From: a virus
IMG/VR virus record: IMGVR_UViG_3300030085_003750
Coordinates: 32,001 to 96,000 of that record
DNA length: 64,000 nucleotides
Strand: one strand, 5' to 3'
Shown here in pieces: positions 51,276 through 59,956 of this stretch (positions within the stretch are counted from its first letter, which is position 1; each line of letters starts with the position of its first letter). The notes under the pieces were generated by a model. That model worked only from the letters and a program-made list of their open reading frames with translations, did not search any database and was not told the origin of the DNA. Both the position numbers and the translations under genes were made by a program.

Positions 51276-52086
51276 GGATTTGAAAGAAATCGACATCGCA
51301 CCTAGTACTCTGGAAGATGTGGACCAGGCAACTTATAATTGGTTGAACGGTAAACTGGACGTAAAGACAACTACCAATAAAGGTTTTAAAAAGGTGCCAG
51401 TCCAATGGGTTGCTGGAGAGAAAGCATTTCAAATGAAGAGCAATTCCAACCTTAGAGATTCTTCGGGCGCTCTTATTATGCCACTGATAACACTAGAGCG
51501 CTCTTCAGTCGTCAAAGACCCTGCCAGAAAAGGCAGCGCCTACGGCAACATTCCTAATAGAAGAGATAATAAGGGCGGCGCAATAACAGTTGCTAAGAGA
51601 ATAAAACAAGATAAGACTGGAAATTTTGCTAATGCTAGTTCTAAACAGAAGAAGGGTAAGTTAAATTTTAGAACAAGAAAGCAGGAAAAGGTGGTGTATG
51701 AGACTATCACTATTCCTATGCCTGTATATGTTGAGGTCACTTACACCATTTCTTTAAGAGCAGAATATCAGCAGCAAATGAACGACATGGTTCACCCTTT
51801 TATAACAGAACCAGGCGGCACCAATTATCTTACAGTTCAAAATAATAATCATTCATATGAAGCGTTCTTAGAGAGCGACTTTGCACTGGAGAACACTGTG
51901 TCCGACATGCAAGGTGAGCGTAGTTATGAGACTAAGATTCAACTAAAAGTTCTTGCACCTCTTATTGGAGATAGTGTGAATCAAGAGAGTCCAAAGTATA
52001 TAAAGAGAGAGTCTGTTGTTGACGTAAAGATAGCAAGAGAGACAACAATCCTAGACCCAGACTTTAAACCTGAAAGATTATCTTAA
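51265..52086 (+). CDS. gp15: Tail sheath stabiliser/terminator (gp15-like)
   Basis: KVPVQW...E, MPLITLER, IPMPVYVEVTY.I and QQQMNDM; precedes the sheath gene. Confidence 0.65.
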   Translation: MADKDLKEIDIAPSTLEDVDQATYNWLNGKLDVKTTTNKGFKKVPVQWVAGEKAFQMKSNSNLRDSSGALIMPLITLERSSVVKDPARKGSAYGNIPNRRDNKGGAITVAKRIKQDKTGNFANASSKQKKGKLNFRTRKQEKVVYETITIPMPVYVEVTYTISLRAEYQQQMNDMVHPFITEPGGTNYLTVQNNNHSYEAFLESDFALENTVSDMQGERSYETKIQLKVLAPLIGDSVNQESPKYIKRESVVDVKIARETTILDPDFKPERLS

Positions 52087-52135
52087 TTCCTTATAATAAA
52101 ATAACAATCAAAAAATGAGTTTGGGACTATTAAAG

Positions 52136-52144
52136 ACTATTTAT
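52136..52144 (+). promoter_or_regulatory. Putative late promoter (ACTATTTAT) for the sheath gene
   Basis: Recurrent intergenic motif. Confidence 0.6.
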
Positions 52145-52212
52145 TAGAGAAAAGAAATGCCCTCAAAGGGTTTAATAATGTAAATTCATTTTTATTCAAG
52201 GAGAAATAAAAA

Positions 52213-55185
52213 ATGTCCGTAAAGAGTTTTAAGTTCGTTTCACCTGGCGTTTTCGTTAACGAGGTGGACAATTCGCAGTTACCAAGACTGCCAGAAGATA
52301 TGGGACCAGTTATTATTGGTCGTGCAGAAAGAGGACCAGGAATGGTTCCAGTAAAGATTGAGTCATTCTCTGAGTTCGTTGAAACATTTGGCGAACCTAT
52401 TGCGGGTGGTCAAGCAGACGATGCCTGGAGACAGGGAAACAGACTTGGACCAACTTACGGTGCATTCGCTGCTCAGGCATACTTGAAGAATGGTTCACCA
52501 ATTACCTTTGTTCGATTATTGGGCGAGGCAAATGCAGACGCTGCCGTCGGCGGCGAAGCAGGTTGGTCAATGACTAAGGCATGGGGTATCAAAGTTGACG
52601 ACGATGGTGATTCATCAGATGGTCACCTTGCTGCGATTTTTTATACAGAAGATTCATCAACTCCAGTTGTTGGTATGAGCGGTAGTGACATTCGAATTGA
52701 GATTCCTCAACCAGATGCACCTGCCACTCCAGGTACTTCAGCAACATCTGAGTTGACCTTTAACAGTCTCTTTGTTGCTGCAAACCTCAACGGCGCTGCT
52801 AACTTTAAAATCACCATCGAAAAGGCGACTGGCGCAGCAGGTGATAATATTGATGTTGTTTTTGACAACACTACTGCATCAGACGACTTCACTTCGCCTA
52901 CCTTGACCGTTGGTACGCAGGGCATCGGCGATGGAGACATTGTAGATTTGGTAGAGAAAATTAAGGGTGCTATCAATGCAAACTTGGCAGTCTCTGCTAC
53001 AAGCATCGGTAGAATTATTACTCTCGTGAAGGACGACGCTGAATTGACCACTAATTTCACAAACTTAACGGGTACAAATGCTGCCTCAATCGCAGTTGAG
53101 ACAGACACCACAGAGGGAACAAACGCAGTAGCAGGTGCTGGTGTTGATAACAAACCTTATATTGTTAATTTTGATAGAAACTCTAAGAAGTACATCAGAA
53201 GTGTTTTGAATACGAATCCAACACTCGTTAACAGCAGAATTACAGACGCTCCTGAGACTCACTTTCTCGGTGCAACTTTCGACCAGTTCATTGAAAATGA
53301 ATTAATAGGAAATGTTAACGCAGCGGAACTTGTTGCACTCGGAGCAGCATACGAATCTCACAGAGCAAGCGCATCACCTGCTTCTACTCCTTGGGTTCGT
53401 TCACAGTTCATGGGGAGTGTCGCAGACCTTACGAGTGACTTGACACCAGAAGACTTAACAAAACTTTTTAAAATTCACACATTGTACTCAGGTTCTTGGG
53501 AACAGAAGAATTTTAAAATTTCTATTACAGATGTAAAGGGTCCATCAAATGATTTCGTGAAGTATGGAACCTTCACTGTTCTTGTTCGCAAGGCAAGTGA
53601 TACAGATGCTTCACCTGTCGTTTATGAGAGATTCTCGAATGTGAATCTTGACCCAACTTCATCAAGATATATCGCCGCAGTTATTGGTGATATGAAGATG
53701 GAGTGGAGAGATAATGAAAAGCGATATGTTCATGTAGGTGAACATGCCAATCAATCACGATTTATTCGTGTTGAAATGGCGTCTGACGTTGACGCAGGGG
53801 CAGCAAACCCAGAACTTCTTCCGTTTGGTTTTGCACTTCCTAGCAGAACGGACTTGCCACAGTTTGTTTTGAGAGCAGGAACTGCTTCTGATACAAAACT
53901 TTCTTCACCAACTGATGCTTGTTTCGGTATTACGACTGATAGACCAGATGCTCTCGGGCGATTTGATGAGTCTTATCAGGACATCGTAAGACCTCTTCAC
54001 GGTACGGATACAATGGCAGAGGGTACTGCATCTTCAGATTTGTTCTCTCTGGACTTGATTGCTGCTAGTGGAGCAAATGCGACTTTCACAGCAGGGTCTC
54101 TTAACGCTAGAACATCAATCAACGGTGGAACAGGAGCAACTTACGAGTCAGTGCTCGACGCTGGATTCGACAAGTTCACCATGCCATTGTTTGGCGCTTT
54201 TGACGGATTAGATATTAAGGAGATTGAACCATTCTGTGATGATATTACAGCAGGAAATACTCCGCTTACCAACTATGCTTACAATTCAATCTCTAAGGCA
54301 ATTGATGTTGTCTCAGACCCAGAGGTTGTAGAGTGTAACTTGATGGCGATACCAGGTGTTGCTACAGCGGGACTTACTGGCAAACTTGTTTCTATCTGTG
54401 AGGCAAGAGGCGATGCTCTCGCTGTCATTGACTTAGAGAACGATTATAAACCTCGTGGTTGGGACACAAGTGCTGAGTCATCGAGACTTCCACAGGTTTC
54501 TCAGGCAGTCTCTTCCTTAAAGGCGAGAGGTTTGAGTTCTAGTTATGGTTGTGCTTTCTTCCCTTGGGTACAGGTGACTGATGACATTAATAACCGAAAA
54601 GTTTGGATGCCACCTTCTGTCGTTGCTCTTGGAACAATGGCATCATCAACGAAGAAGTCTGAACTTTGGTTTGCTCCTGCTGGTTTCACTCGTGGTGGAC
54701 TTTCAGCAGGTGCAGGTGGTCTTCCTGTTTCACAGGTTAGATTACGCCTCAACTCAAAGGAAAGAGATGCGCTTTATGAAGCAAACATTAACCCAATCGC
54801 ACAGTTCCCAGCAGAGGGTATTGTAGTATTCGGTCAGAAGACGCTTCAAGTTACTCCTTCGGCACTTGATAGAATCAACGTTCGTCGTTTGATGATTCAC
54901 GTAAAGAAAGAGATTTCTAGAATGGCAGCAACAACTTTGTTTGACCAGAATGTAAAGGCGACTTGGAACAGATTCAAGAATAAGGCAGAACCTTTCCTTG
55001 ATTCAGTTCAGACTCGCTTCGGTTTGACAGAATATAAGATTGTCCTTGATGAAACAACGACAACGCCAGAGTTGATTGACAGAAACATTATGTACGCAAA
55101 GGTTTTCTTGAAACCTGCTCGTGCAATCGAGTTCATCGCAATCGACTTTGTTATTACTAACACAGGCGCATCGTTCGAGGACTAA
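52213..55185 (+). CDS. gp18: Contractile tail sheath protein
   Basis: FVSPGVFVNEVD, WFAPAGFTRG, INPIAQFP, FGQKTLQ and DRINVRRL. Confidence 0.95.
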   Translation: MSVKSFKFVSPGVFVNEVDNSQLPRLPEDMGPVIIGRAERGPGMVPVKIESFSEFVETFGEPIAGGQADDAWRQGNRLGPTYGAFAAQAYLKNGSPITFVRLLGEANADAAVGGEAGWSMTKAWGIKVDDDGDSSDGHLAAIFYTEDSSTPVVGMSGSDIRIEIPQPDAPATPGTSATSELTFNSLFVAANLNGAANFKITIEKATGAAGDNIDVVFDNTTASDDFTSPTLTVGTQGIGDGDIVDLVEKIKGAINANLAVSATSIGRIITLVKDDAELTTNFTNLTGTNAASIAVETDTTEGTNAVAGAGVDNKPYIVNFDRNSKKYIRSVLNTNPTLVNSRITDAPETHFLGATFDQFIENELIGNVNAAELVALGAAYESHRASASPASTPWVRSQFMGSVADLTSDLTPEDLTKLFKIHTLYSGSWEQKNFKISITDVKGPSNDFVKYGTFTVLVRKASDTDASPVVYERFSNVNLDPTSSRYIAAVIGDMKMEWRDNEKRYVHVGEHANQSRFIRVEMASDVDAGAANPELLPFGFALPSRTDLPQFVLRAGTASDTKLSSPTDACFGITTDRPDALGRFDESYQDIVRPLHGTDTMAEGTASSDLFSLDLIAASGANATFTAGSLNARTSINGGTGATYESVLDAGFDKFTMPLFGAFDGLDIKEIEPFCDDITAGNTPLTNYAYNSISKAIDVVSDPEVVECNLMAIPGVATAGLTGKLVSICEARGDALAVIDLENDYKPRGWDTSAESSRLPQVSQAVSSLKARGLSSSYGCAFFPWVQVTDDINNRKVWMPPSVVALGTMASSTKKSELWFAPAGFTRGGLSAGAGGLPVSQVRLRLNSKERDALYEANINPIAQFPAEGIVVFGQKTLQVTPSALDRINVRRLMIHVKKEISRMAATTLFDQNVKATWNRFKNKAEPFLDSVQTRFGLTEYKIVLDETTTTPELIDRNIMYAKVFLKPARAIEFIAIDFVITNTGASFED

Positions 55186-55193
55186 TAAAATAA

Positions 55194-55226
55194 AACTAGG
55201 CAGGATAATAAGATTCCTGCCTAGTT
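55194..55226. repeat. Perfect 12-bp inverted repeat between sheath and tube genes
   Basis: AACTAGGCAGGA-N9-TCCTGCCTAGTT. Confidence 0.8.
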
Positions 55227-55260
55227 ATTACAACATTACTTTTTATAGGAGATTAAAATT

Positions 55261-55791
55261 ATGGCATTTTGGTCAGACGCATCAGGGTACGAACCTAAGC
55301 GAGCATATAGATGGATTTTATACATCAACGGAGAAGACTTGGACAACATTGAGGATTTGACTATCCCTGCTTATACAATCAAGAAGGTTTCGAAACCATC
55401 TTTTACTGTAACTGAATCTTCACATCAGTTTCTTAACCACACATACTACTACCCAGGAAGAGTAGAGTGGAGCACAATTTCTTTTACGCTTGTGGACCCT
55501 GTAAGTCCAGATGCTGCTGAGAAGTTGAACAAGATGATTTCAAACGCAGGATACATTCCAGGCGGTTCACCTGATGACTTCGAGACAATGAGCAAGTCTA
55601 AGTCAATGAAAGCACTTGGTAAGGTGAGAATTTCACAACTTGATGCTGATGGTATCGAGGTTGAGGAATGGACTCTTCACAATGCTTGGATTAAGGATGT
55701 TAAGTTCGGCGAACTAGATTATTCTTCTGATGACATGGTTGAGACAGAAGTAGAACTTCGTTTCGATTATGCTACTCACAGTTCAGAGTAA
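55261..55791 (+). CDS. gp19: Tail tube protein
   Basis: EPKRAYRW, YYPGRVEW, EEWTLHNAWI, FGELDYSS and LRFDYA. Confidence 0.9.
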   Translation: MAFWSDASGYEPKRAYRWILYINGEDLDNIEDLTIPAYTIKKVSKPSFTVTESSHQFLNHTYYYPGRVEWSTISFTLVDPVSPDAAEKLNKMISNAGYIPGGSPDDFETMSKSKSMKALGKVRISQLDADGIEVEEWTLHNAWIKDVKFGELDYSSDDMVETEVELRFDYATHSSE

Positions 55792-55807
55792 TCTTAATAA
55801 AAAGTTC

Positions 55808-55836
55808 TTTACATTCTAATAATTTTATTCTATAAT
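55808..55836 (+). promoter_or_regulatory. Sigma70-type promoter upstream of the gp26-like gene
   Basis: TTTACA-17 bp-TATAAT. Confidence 0.6.
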
Positions 55837-55867
55837 AAACCTACCATATTAAAGAAAGAAGGTGTTT

Positions 55868-56722
55868 ATGCGAAATAACGAAGAAAGATTGGGGGCAAAA
55901 AAGTCCCCTTCTTCTCCTGCTGCAACGCAAGCAGCAAGCACTGGTCCAGCACCATTGGACTTTACCAGACCCACAACCATTGTATCACTTCCATCAGGTG
56001 GTAAGTTTTATGGGGAAGGTCATTCACTTCACGGTCAAGATACAATCGAGATTCGCCAGATGACAACAGCAGAGGAAGAGATTCTAACTAACAGAACTCT
56101 TCTTCAAAAGGGTGTCGCACTGGATAGATTCTTGGAAAGACTAATGATTGATTCTAAGACAAAGGTTGATGACCTTTTGATTGGTGACAAGAATGCAATA
56201 TTGATTCAGGCGAGAATTGATGGTTATGGTCCAGAGTATGCAACAACTGTTGCTTGTCCTGTCTGTACTGCCACGGGAAAGCATTCATTTGATTTAAATG
56301 AAGTTGTCGGCAATACTGGCGTTGAGTTTGTTGACACAGATTCAATAACAAATACGGGAAACAATACTTTTATCACAACTCTTGACAACGGATGGGAAGT
56401 TGAGTTTCGTGCCCTAACAGGCGCTGATGAAAAGAAACTTCTTCAATCAAATGCGAACAGGAAGAAGGCAGGGTTGGAAGAAACTCCAATTCAGGACCAG
56501 TTGCGAGCGTTGATTGTTTCAATATCAGGTCACACAGATTCTGGTACTATAAACAAAGCAGTTCAACATATGACTGGTAGACAGTCAAGAGCGATTCGGG
56601 ATGCTTATGCCCAAGCAGTACCGAATATAGAAATGAAGGGCGAAATCACTTGTGGTCAGTGTGGCACGACTACTGAATTGGAGGTTCCGCTTAGTGCGGA
56701 CTTCTTTTGGTTTAAGTCCTGA
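55868..56722 (+). CDS. Baseplate hub assembly / tail chaperone protein (gp26-like)
   Basis: LPSGGKFY, IRQMTTAEEEIL, LLIGDKNAILIQARI.GYG, and two CxxC motifs. The ATG at 55868 follows GAAGGTG. Confidence 0.75.
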   Translation: MRNNEERLGAKKSPSSPAATQAASTGPAPLDFTRPTTIVSLPSGGKFYGEGHSLHGQDTIEIRQMTTAEEEILTNRTLLQKGVALDRFLERLMIDSKTKVDDLLIGDKNAILIQARIDGYGPEYATTVACPVCTATGKHSFDLNEVVGNTGVEFVDTDSITNTGNNTFITTLDNGWEVEFRALTGADEKKLLQSNANRKKAGLEETPIQDQLRALIVSISGHTDSGTINKAVQHMTGRQSRAIRDAYAQAVPNIEMKGEITCGQCGTTTELEVPLSADFFWFKS

Positions 56723-56894
56723 ATACATGGAGAAAGTCTATGAGGCGTTCTTCTTTTTGAAATATCATGGAGGGTGGAGTTTCATGGAAGCATATAATCT
56801 TCCAGTCGGACTTCGAACTTGGTTTGTCGAAAGATTAGGCAAGCAAATAAAGAAAGAGAATGAAGCAATAGAAAAATCTTCTAAAAGAAAATAA
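56706..56894 (+). CDS. gp51-like small protein, possibly a frameshift extension of the gp26-like ORF
   Basis: FGLSPEYMEKVYEAFFFLKYHGGWSFMEAYNLPVGLRTWF lies in the +1 frame overlapping the gp26-like end. The first ATG (56727) has no SD. Confidence 0.6.
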   Translation, partial: FGLSPEYMEKVYEAFFFLKYHGGWSFMEAYNLPVGLRTWFVERLGKQIKKENEAIEKSSKRK

Positions 56895-56897
56895 ATC

Positions 56898-56930
56898 AAG
56901 ACCAAGCGTAAAACCTTGGTCTTTTTTTTG
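56898..56930 (+). terminator. Rho-independent terminator
   Basis: AAGACCAAG-N9-CTTGGTCTT followed by a T tract. Confidence 0.75.
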
Positions 56931-56971
56931 GTCCTATAATTATGTTGTAAGGTTGTCGGGAGAAGAAAAAA

Positions 56972-57127
56972 ATGAGTAAAAATGAGAAAAAAAGACAAGA
57001 GTCTAAGCGAAACCTAAAACGACTAAAAAATAAATTAAATAAAATGGACGAGGCAAGAGAAGTTTCAAAACAACCTCAGTCTTGTCTCTCTGCTATCATT
57101 TCTAAGTTATTTAGAAAAACAAACTAA
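56972..57127 (+). CDS. Small basic hypothetical protein (51 aa, absent from the ORF track)
   Basis: MSKNEKKRQESKRNLKRLKNKLNKMDEAREVSKQPQSCLSAIISKLFRKTN. GGGAG SD near 56958 and TATAAT at 56935. Confidence 0.45.
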   Translation: MSKNEKKRQESKRNLKRLKNKLNKMDEAREVSKQPQSCLSAIISKLFRKTN

Positions 57128-57161
57128 TTACCAGAGAATACTTTTATTACGAGGTACTATA

Positions 57162-57497
57162 ATGAACGAAAATAACGAAATTACTCCAATTGAAATTGAT
57201 TTGACTGCTGGTAGAAATAATCAAGTAAATGAGATTTGGTTACAACTCTTTGGTTCAGCAATCCAGACAATTCTTAGAACAATGTTTGGTGGAAGTTCTA
57301 TACCAGTAAAAATTAAGGGAAATAAGGAAGAGATTGCTTCTTTCGCTAAGACTATTGGTCGAGAGAAGAAGTATATGAAATCCGTTGCAAAACACGGACT
57401 AAATGACCCAAGGGTCTATAAAGATAAGTTCAAACTAAGAAAGGCAATTGCCAAGTTTGAGAGAACGACGGGTATTAAGTATCCGTTCAAGGGATAA
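57162..57497 (+). CDS. Hypothetical protein upstream of tape measure
   Basis: 111-aa ORF with a GAGGT SD and late motif ACTAATTAC at 57123. Confidence 0.55.
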   Translation: MNENNEITPIEIDLTAGRNNQVNEIWLQLFGSAIQTILRTMFGGSSIPVKIKGNKEEIASFAKTIGREKKYMKSVAKHGLNDPRVYKDKFKLRKAIAKFERTTGIKYPFKG

Positions 57498-57507
57498 GAC
57501 TGAATAA

Positions 57508-59922
57508 ATGTCAGAAGAAAACAGAAGACTCTTAGAAGGATTAGAAATTCTGAAGCGACAGCAAAGTCTTCAGAACGATATTAATTCAACACAAGAGGAG
57601 CGCCGTGAACTACAAAAGAAAATCATTCAGGCGCAGCAAGATATAAATAAGGCAAAACTTCAGTCAAAGGATATATCTCAGGAAGAATATGACACTCTAA
57701 TCAAGAAAATCAAGTCTCAAGAAGAAGAGATTTCTAAAATTGATACGAAGAATGAGAAGATTAAGCAAGGATTAGAGGCACTCAAAGAACAAGAAAAGAT
57801 TCAAAAAAGACTTGGCGATGCCGTAGGCGGTCTTGCCAATAAATGGCGAGGTGGAATTCTTGAATCAATCCTCGACACTGGTGTAAACACAGAACACCTT
57901 GCAGAGCAGATGGCAGAACTTGCCAATCCAATAAACATTGTAGGCACAGCACTCTCGATGGTGATTCAGTCTACAATTGCAGCAGTAGTCCAAGCAAGTG
58001 ATTTACGAGCGCAATATGTCGGAGCAACAGGAGATATTGCAGGATTTCAATCCGAAATAATTGACGGCGCAGCAGGAGTATCTCAGTTCGGCGTTGGCAT
58101 GGCAGAGATGACCAAATCAACGATAGCACTTCGAGACTCGATGAGCACGTTTACAACCCTTTCCTCAGAAACTAGAAACGCAATGGCAGCAACCGCTGCC
58201 TCTTTTGAAAACCTTGGCATTTCCTCAGAAGAGACTGCCAGGAATATGCAAACGCTTCAAATGTCGTTTGGAATGACAGGTACACAAGCACTTGAAACAC
58301 AAAAAGATTTTGTGAAAATGGCAAAGGGCATCGGTGTTCCGATGAACCGCTTATCAAAAGACTTTGCATCAAATGCCTCTGCTTTCGCTGCATATGGCAA
58401 AGCAGGAACAAGAGTGTTTATAGAATTATCCAAGACAGCAAAGTCAACTGGTTTGGAGATGACCGATTTGCTGTCTATTACTCAGCAGTTTGATACTTTT
58501 GAGGGAGCAGCGGATTCAGCAGGTAAATTAAATGCTTTGTTGGGAGGTCCATTTTTAGATTCAATGCAACTTTTAACGGCAGAGTCGGAAGCACAAAGAG
58601 TTGCTATGCTTCAAAATTCTATTCAGATGTCTGGAAAATCTTTTGATTCTATGTCTAAGTTTGAAAAGATGGCAGTTGCGAATGCGGCAGGCATCAGCGA
58701 CATGGGCAAGGCAGCAGCACTTTTCAGTGAAAAAGCAAGAGCACAAGCAAAAGCAACAGACGGCATGGCGATGTCTCAGGAAGAATTAAATGAACTCCAA
58801 AGACAAGCAACCACTGTTTCTCAGGACTTTGGACTTATTATGCAACAAATGGCAGTGTTTGTTGGACCACTCGTGAGTGGATTAAAGTTTGTCACCAAAT
58901 ATCTTAGGATGATGTTCGACGGAATTAACAATCTTTTAGGTGATTTTGGACCATTTACTAATGGTATTCTCGTCGTCGCAGGAGTTCTCGGTGGATTGTA
59001 TTTGGCACTTAAACTGGCAGGAATGGGACTAAGAGCATTTTTCAGCGGAGCGGAAACACAAGGAAACGGTCTTTTAAATACTTTTAGGCAAGTAGGTACA
59101 GGTATTAGAAAAGTTGGCGAAGGTGTCGGCGGTGCCATGCGCTCGATGTTTCGAGGACTTGCATCTGGCATCAGGTCCGTGTTCTCTGCGATAACTTCCT
59201 CAATTGTGCCTATGTTGACAGCAGTAGGGTCTGGCATCGCCGCAATGGTGAGGGCAATTGGTTCAATTCCACCAAAGGCAGTAGGTATTTTTGCCTTAGT
59301 AGCGCTATCCATCGCCGCCATCGCTTACACTGCTGCAATGTTAGTCAACTCATTTACAAAACTCATGTCACTCATAATCGACAACTTGGAGAAAATTCCA
59401 GAGTTGACTATGGGACTTGTTCAAATGGGTACGGGTTTCTTTGCGCTCGCCAACGGCATGTATTTCACCGCAGGCGCATTCGGTGTACTCGCCCTCGGCG
59501 CTCTCGCCGCTATTGTTCCAACTGCTCTCGCAGCGGCGTCAATCGGGTTACTTGCTCTTTCTTTCGGAGCACTCGCAGACTCAGCAAAGACATTTGCAGA
59601 CTCTATGAAGTCGGTGAAAGAACAGGGAGGTATAACAGAGTTTATAAGTGTAGTCAATAGCATTGATGATGCGAACATAGGCAATTTAGAAGAATTAATT
59701 GACGAAGCGGATAGAATGGTGATGGTTCAAGCGAAAATTGCAGCGATGGAGACAGCAAACTCAGTTTCAAATGCGATAGATAAATTAATATCTGTTGTTG
59801 CCCCAGAGACAGCAGGTGGACAACCAAGAACCAGAGATGTTATACTTCAAATTAATGACAGGGAGTTTGGAAGAGCAGTCGTCGAAGCACTTGATGACGA
59901 TATGAAGTTAAGTTTGGCATAG
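57508..59922 (+). CDS. Tape measure protein
   Basis: 804 aa, Ala/Gly/Met-rich and helical with hydrophobic segments. Contains FDTFEGAA..AGKLNALLGG and lies between the chaperone and hub genes. Confidence 0.8.
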   Translation: MSEENRRLLEGLEILKRQQSLQNDINSTQEERRELQKKIIQAQQDINKAKLQSKDISQEEYDTLIKKIKSQEEEISKIDTKNEKIKQGLEALKEQEKIQKRLGDAVGGLANKWRGGILESILDTGVNTEHLAEQMAELANPINIVGTALSMVIQSTIAAVVQASDLRAQYVGATGDIAGFQSEIIDGAAGVSQFGVGMAEMTKSTIALRDSMSTFTTLSSETRNAMAATAASFENLGISSEETARNMQTLQMSFGMTGTQALETQKDFVKMAKGIGVPMNRLSKDFASNASAFAAYGKAGTRVFIELSKTAKSTGLEMTDLLSITQQFDTFEGAADSAGKLNALLGGPFLDSMQLLTAESEAQRVAMLQNSIQMSGKSFDSMSKFEKMAVANAAGISDMGKAAALFSEKARAQAKATDGMAMSQEELNELQRQATTVSQDFGLIMQQMAVFVGPLVSGLKFVTKYLRMMFDGINNLLGDFGPFTNGILVVAGVLGGLYLALKLAGMGLRAFFSGAETQGNGLLNTFRQVGTGIRKVGEGVGGAMRSMFRGLASGIRSVFSAITSSIVPMLTAVGSGIAAMVRAIGSIPPKAVGIFALVALSIAAIAYTAAMLVNSFTKLMSLIIDNLEKIPELTMGLVQMGTGFFALANGMYFTAGAFGVLALGALAAIVPTALAAASIGLLALSFGALADSAKTFADSMKSVKEQGGITEFISVVNSIDDANIGNLEELIDEADRMVMVQAKIAAMETANSVSNAIDKLISVVAPETAGGQPRTRDVILQINDREFGRAVVEALDDDMKLSLA

Positions 59923-59925
59923 TAG

Positions 59926-59934
59926 ACTATTTAT
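59926..59934 (+). promoter_or_regulatory. Putative late promoter (ACTATTTAT)
   Basis: Recurrent motif directly after the tape measure stop. Confidence 0.55.
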
Positions 59935-59956
59935 TTTGTAGCAATTTGGAGATAAC

